In this document: in pieces, positions 59,171 to 64,000 of the stretch | Numbering within the stretch: the first letter of the stretch is position 1 | How the letters are laid out: each line of letters begins with the position of its first letter | Assembly (NCBI RefSeq): GCF_964355755.1 | Contig: NC_092679.1 | Location: 3,130,201 to 3,194,200, forward strand | Length of the DNA stretch: 64,000 bases | From: Antedon mediterranea | Taxonomy: Eukaryota > Animalia > Echinodermata | Direction of reading: 5' to 3' | Translations under genes and position numbers: made by a program | Notes under the pieces: model-generated | The model's input: the letters and a program-made list of their open reading frames with translations, nothing else | Told to the model about the DNA's origin: nothing | Database searches by the model: none

Positions 59171-62100
59171 ATGGCTTACAGAGCTCAGACGCACAACATT
59201 GAGGAGAATATCCATCGGAATTTGAAAATACAAGACACAAACCAAAATAACGACAAAGCAAAAGAATCGATAAAACCAAATTCGCTTTCCAACTTGTATC
59301 GAAAGGATTCCGACTCACAGCTTTCCATCATGGAAGAAGCGTACAAATCGTTAATTGAAAGTGTAGGGGAGGACTCGAGTAGGGAGGGGCTGAAGAAGAC
59401 GCCCGAAAGAGCTGCCAAAGCGTTAATGTTTTTTACAAAAGGTTATGAAGAAAAAATAGAAGGTAAACAATGTTTATTTTTATATTATTTATTTATATTG
59501 GGTGACCTCTTTAGTCAATGACTGGTCTCCAAGAGGGCCCACTTATAATCAGTGGCTGTGAGTGAACTAGTGCACTGGTGACCCCTTCAGTCAAAGATTG
59601 ATCTCCCAGAGTGCCAGGTTAGGATCAGTGGCTGTAAGTGAACTGGTACACCAGTGACCCCTTCAGTCAAATACTGGTCTCCCAGAGGGCCCACTTATGA
59701 TCAGCCGCTGTGAGTGAACTGGTACACCAGTGACCACTTCAGTCTAAGACTGGTCTCCCAGAGGGCCCACTTATGATCAGTGGCTGTGTGTGAACTGGTA
59801 CACCTGTGATCACGTCAGTCTAAGACTGGTCTCCCAGAGGACCAAATAAATAATGAAATGAAATTAAAATGGTAATCTTGCATATAAAAATTGTTAAATA
59901 TAAAATAAGAAATGAATGAAAAACCAACAAAACTGTGACTTTCTACCTCTGTTATTGGAGTAAAGTACATTAAAGTACATTGTATTTATAATGCCAGATC
60001 TTAGGGATTAAAAACTTAGTAATAAAATCGAATAAATTATAATCTCTCATCGACCACAGTTCTGGTGGTAGAACAAATCTTGTATTAAGGACTTTAATTT
60101 TAAATTTAAACGCTTTTATTACAGTATTTGTATCTATTTATTGTTTATTATTACAATAAAAGATTATAAGTAGAATAGCTATGTTATTGATTTATAAACA
60201 AGCACCAAGGATTTATTAAGTCATCTTCGTACTTGGCCACACGTCATACCGTTTCCTGTATCACAAAACATATTATTAAAAACCTGTTGCGTTGGCCTCT
60301 TAAAGAGCTTGTGACGTAGTACCAACCTATTCATAAAACGCTCCTCCTCGTTGAGAGTTAATTACGATCTCAATGGCTCAACGATGCTTCACCATTGACA
60401 TTCAAATTATCCTTAATTTTTGGTATCTAATAAATTACATGACAGTAATAAAAATAATATACCACACCAGTTTATGAGAATGCAATAGTCGATGAGGCGT
60501 GTCAAACGGGTGAATTGAATATTACAATCACTGATTTAATTTTGATAAAACAAGTTGAAAGGTCGTTGCACTTTGGCATACTTGTCATGGAGCATGCCAT
60601 ACTTGAGTATAAGCAGACGATAAATACAACCCCCATTTTGTGCTCTTGCCCCAGGGTTATAAGTTAACCCCCAATATATTTCCAGTAAGAGATATATCAG
60701 ATTGAATATCCAGTCATATACTAAAAATGTATTTATTAATTTGAAATGATAAAGATGAGGAAATCTGTGAGAATGATGAGAAAAAGTCACCCAAACCAAG
60801 ATTCGAACCCGGAACCTTCTGCTTGATATGCAGATGTCCTAACCATTAGACCATGAGATCTGGATTGTAGATATATATATTGCATGCCTGCCTCTGGTAT
60901 AACCCCACTAGAACACAAAAATGTGCCGAGTTTGGAGGGTGGGACTTTACCCGGAGAAACCCTGGTTTAGGAAAAAAATTGGTATAGCATGTAGTACTAG
61001 TACTTTCAACTTAATAATTAAATAAATATTTTAATATTTATTTGCAGCATACTGTACAAATTGCCTATAATTAATGCACGTTTCTATTAACTATTTATAT
61101 TTCTTGGTAAAAGGAAATTAAGATGTACAAATGTTTACTTCCTGTGTCAATGACCTCGTCCATATTCATTGTCCGCCCGCGATAAAGGTATTTGAAGAAA
61201 TTAATTTGTGTAGTTGTAGTAGTACTAGTACTAATTAAAAACCTACACAAAATGTAGATTGCTATTTGGATATACTACTACGCATGCAATAAGGTAAGTT
61301 CACCAGAGTGTCTTCTTTTTAATGTCAACAATTTATTTTTGTAATAATTAATTTTATTTCCTCTTTTATTACTAATTTTAATAATTATATCCTTTCAGAT
61401 CTATTAAACAATGCAATATTTGACGAGGACCACGATGAAATTGTTATTGTCAAAGACATCGAGTTTTTTTCAATGTGTGAGCATCATTTAGTACCGTTTG
61501 TTGGAAAGGTTGGTACATATTTATTTTGTTCAATGTTTGATCATCAGTGTAAAATAAAGTGGCAACTGTGGCTTGGTGGTTAACATACTGGGTTCAAATC
61601 CTGATAATGGAATCTCCCAATACTGACCACCTTTGACCAATTGACTGTAAATTTCTATGTCTAGCGAAATAAAAAGTTTGCAGTATTATTTTGTCTGCTA
61701 ACACAAATGTTACAGTCGCACAGACACGAAACTGCCGGCTGTTTATTGTCTCTAGACATGATACTGTATCAGTAACAGGTTAGCCGTCTTTCTTTTCAAA
61801 TGGCCTCTTTGATCACTTACATAAAACCACAGTGCAATGTTATATAATATACTGTATATAGTACTTGCACTGATAAAGGGTTAGTGTTGCCTGAAAGCTC
61901 TGCTAACTTTTCTGGCTGTTTTACTTATCGTTTTGATTTAGCTTTTCGCTTTTTTTTTTGTATCTCCATTGAGATCCAGCCACTGATACCCACAGCATTG
62001 TCATTTTTTAAGTGCTTATTTTTTTTGTATCTCCATTGAGATCCAGCCACTGATACTCACAGCATTGTCATTTTTTCAGTAATTTGCCTTTGGATTTATA

Positions 62101-63947
62101 AATATATATAGTATAGTATAATATATAGCATTATTATTACTATTTGTATTACATGTGAAAAGAAATTAATAATTAATATTGTTGTACTTTGATTTACTTT
62201 TGTTTTTTTAAGGTATCTATAGGTTATCTACCAAATAAACGTGTTATAGGACTAAGCAAAATTGCTAGGTAAGTATTACTACGGACATTTTTACCCGTTA
62301 ACTGCTATATTAGCAAAACCCCTGCCTTGTTTGTTTTGTATTTTGCATTGATGTAGTATCTCAGATTCAGATTAGGTTGGTTTGTCCTTACTGCCAAGCA
62401 TACTAATGAAGATAGGAACAAATCCTGTGTAAACACACGTTAAAGTATTCATTCATACGTACAGTATAGAATAAAACACTTGAGATTACAAATTACAAAT
62501 CTGAGCTTATCATTGGAATATAGATTTTAATTGAAACTATTGCATATTGCATATAACGCACACAGTGTATTGTATATCCTTGCTGTGTGATTGGTCGATT
62601 CCACCTCATATTATTAGGAATTTTTTTTTTTTTTTTTATATAGAATTGTTGAAATGTTCAGTCGCAGATTACAAGGTATTTTCGATAATATTTTGTTTTA
62701 TGTATCATTTTATTATCATTTTATTCATATTCATCATAATTATTAATCATAACAACATCAGTATTAGAATAATTATTATCAACATGATTATCATTTGAAT
62801 CATAATTACCCACATCATCATTCAATAACCATTGTTGTAGTGAAGCTATCACTTTTCTTCAACCAACAGTGGAAGGCACCAATATCAGTTTGCTCATAAA
62901 ATATATATATATTTTTAAAAAACACAAAGATAAAATTTATATAATAATATCTTTCAAAATACATTTAAATTGCAAAATGCTACAGTTGAAGATATCTAAA
63001 AATTATTTAATAAAAGACATAAATTACCATGCTTGCCTTCAAATCCTGAGGTCCTGGTTCAATCTAGACCTAGTGATTGTATCTTACGCATTTTTTAACT
63101 ACACTCCCTAAGCCTCAAATGACACTTAGTTTATAAGCCAGATAAACAACAACAAAAAGTTGATCCATCCTGTTTTTGCATAAGAAATTGAAGTTGAATT
63201 ATAAGATTTAAGATCATTATCATCATTATCATTCTAATCAGAATAATTTTCTTATATTTCATTAGTACAAGAGAGGTTGACCAAACAAATAGCTGTAGCA
63301 CTGACAGAGGCAGTTGCGCCGGCAGGAGTAGGTGTGGTGATTGAGGCATCGTAAGTAGTTTAATCATTTATTATTTACTATTATTATCAACCAACACGCA
63401 TTATGATAGATTTCCTCGCCGTAGTGTCCACATCAAACTAGTGAGGTAAATATTAGGCCATGCTATGACCCCATTTACACTTACAATTTGGGCCGGCCCT
63501 AGGTTTCCAATAGGAATTGTAAATACTCCATGTGAAGTTAGGCCAGCCCTGGGCCGGATGTAGATCTGGGCCACCTCTAAAGTAGGTCCAGGAGCAGCTT
63601 ATGCAGTGAACCGTGACCAAAAGATTCAGAAAATTTATCTTCAGGGTTGTCGTTTAAAACGTAAGTGTAAACATGTTGGATCGGGCCTAAATGATTAGTT
63701 TGCACCCGATCCTGGGGCGGTCCACGACACAATCGTAAGTGTAAATGGGGTCTAAGATAAATATAATAAATATATTTCATAAATATGATAAATTGAATAC
63801 TGATTAAAATTTTTTTTTTAAAGACATATGTGTATGGTGATGCGTGGAGTTCAGAAATTGAACAGTCAAACTGTTACAAGTTGCATGCTGGGGTATTTCC
63901 GTGAAGATCCTAAAACAAGAGAAGAGTTTCTTGCCCTTATAAAGTAG
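59171..63947 (+). CDS. GCH1: GTP cyclohydrolase 1, about 232 aa, 6 coding exons
   Basis: Exons 59171-59462, 61399-61508, 62213-62268, 62644-62675, 63266-63350, 63824-63947 (TAG). Motifs [75 protein letters not shown]. Likely non-coding first exon ending near 53549 (GTAAGT). Confidence 0.97.
59501..59842 (-). repeat. 76-bp tandem repeat (about 4.5 copies) derived from the Deu-SINE 3' tail
   Basis: Units start at 59501, 59577, 59653, 59729, 59805; the sequence matches SINE tails at ~47510-47585 and ~14929-15005. Confidence 0.88.
61864..62078 (+). mobile_element. Penelope-like pseudo-LTR relic with a degenerate minimal hammerhead
   Basis: CTGATAA-A-GGGT-TAGTGTT-GCCT-GAAA-GCTC; homologous copy on the minus strand at ~40258-40455. 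Confidence 0.55.
63466..63753. mobile_element. MITE (Harbinger-like TIRs) in the last GCH1 intron
   Basis: GACCCCATTTACACTTAC...GTAAGTGTAAATGGGGTC. Confidence 0.72.
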
Positions 63948-64000
63948 AGTTTGTTAACAACAAACGTACAGTGCATACATTCTAAAGCCGTGACCGGCGT

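Noticed and set aside
60795-60862. tRNA gene on the minus strand
   Set aside because: A/B boxes and an anticodon-like stem are present but the acceptor stem does not pair; SINE-like or pseudo-tRNA fragment.

Overview
AT-rich, intron-rich animal genomic DNA, probably an invertebrate deuterostome such as an echinoderm (inferred from Deu-domain SINEs and vertebrate-like intron positions). I reconstructed five spliced genes by hand, with reading-frame phases consistent at every junction: the 3' half of SCFD1/Sly1 (+), PPP1R37/LRRC68 (-), a VRK kinase (+), FANCL (-) and GCH1 (+). They form two head-to-head pairs plus a VRK/FANCL tail-to-tail pair. A sixth gene, an intact single-exon 767-aa Tigger/CENP-B-like protein with a degenerate DDE triad, is nested antisense in PPP1R37 intron 5. 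Introns are packed with non-autonomous elements: PIF/Harbinger MITEs, hAT and Kolobok MITEs, Helentron-like elements, tRNA- and 5S-derived SINEs, a LINE 3' remnant and Penelope-type hammerhead relics. Most notable: (1) the nested domesticated transposase; (2) a very abundant MITE plus a separate minisatellite that both carry SRF-type CArG boxes at 21-bp spacing; (3) tiny CATG...CATG inserts with 7-bp TSDs that look like P-element excision footprints; (4) a 5S+tRNA+Deu composite SINE flanked by a 46-bp duplication. Family assignments are from recognition of motifs, not database searches.
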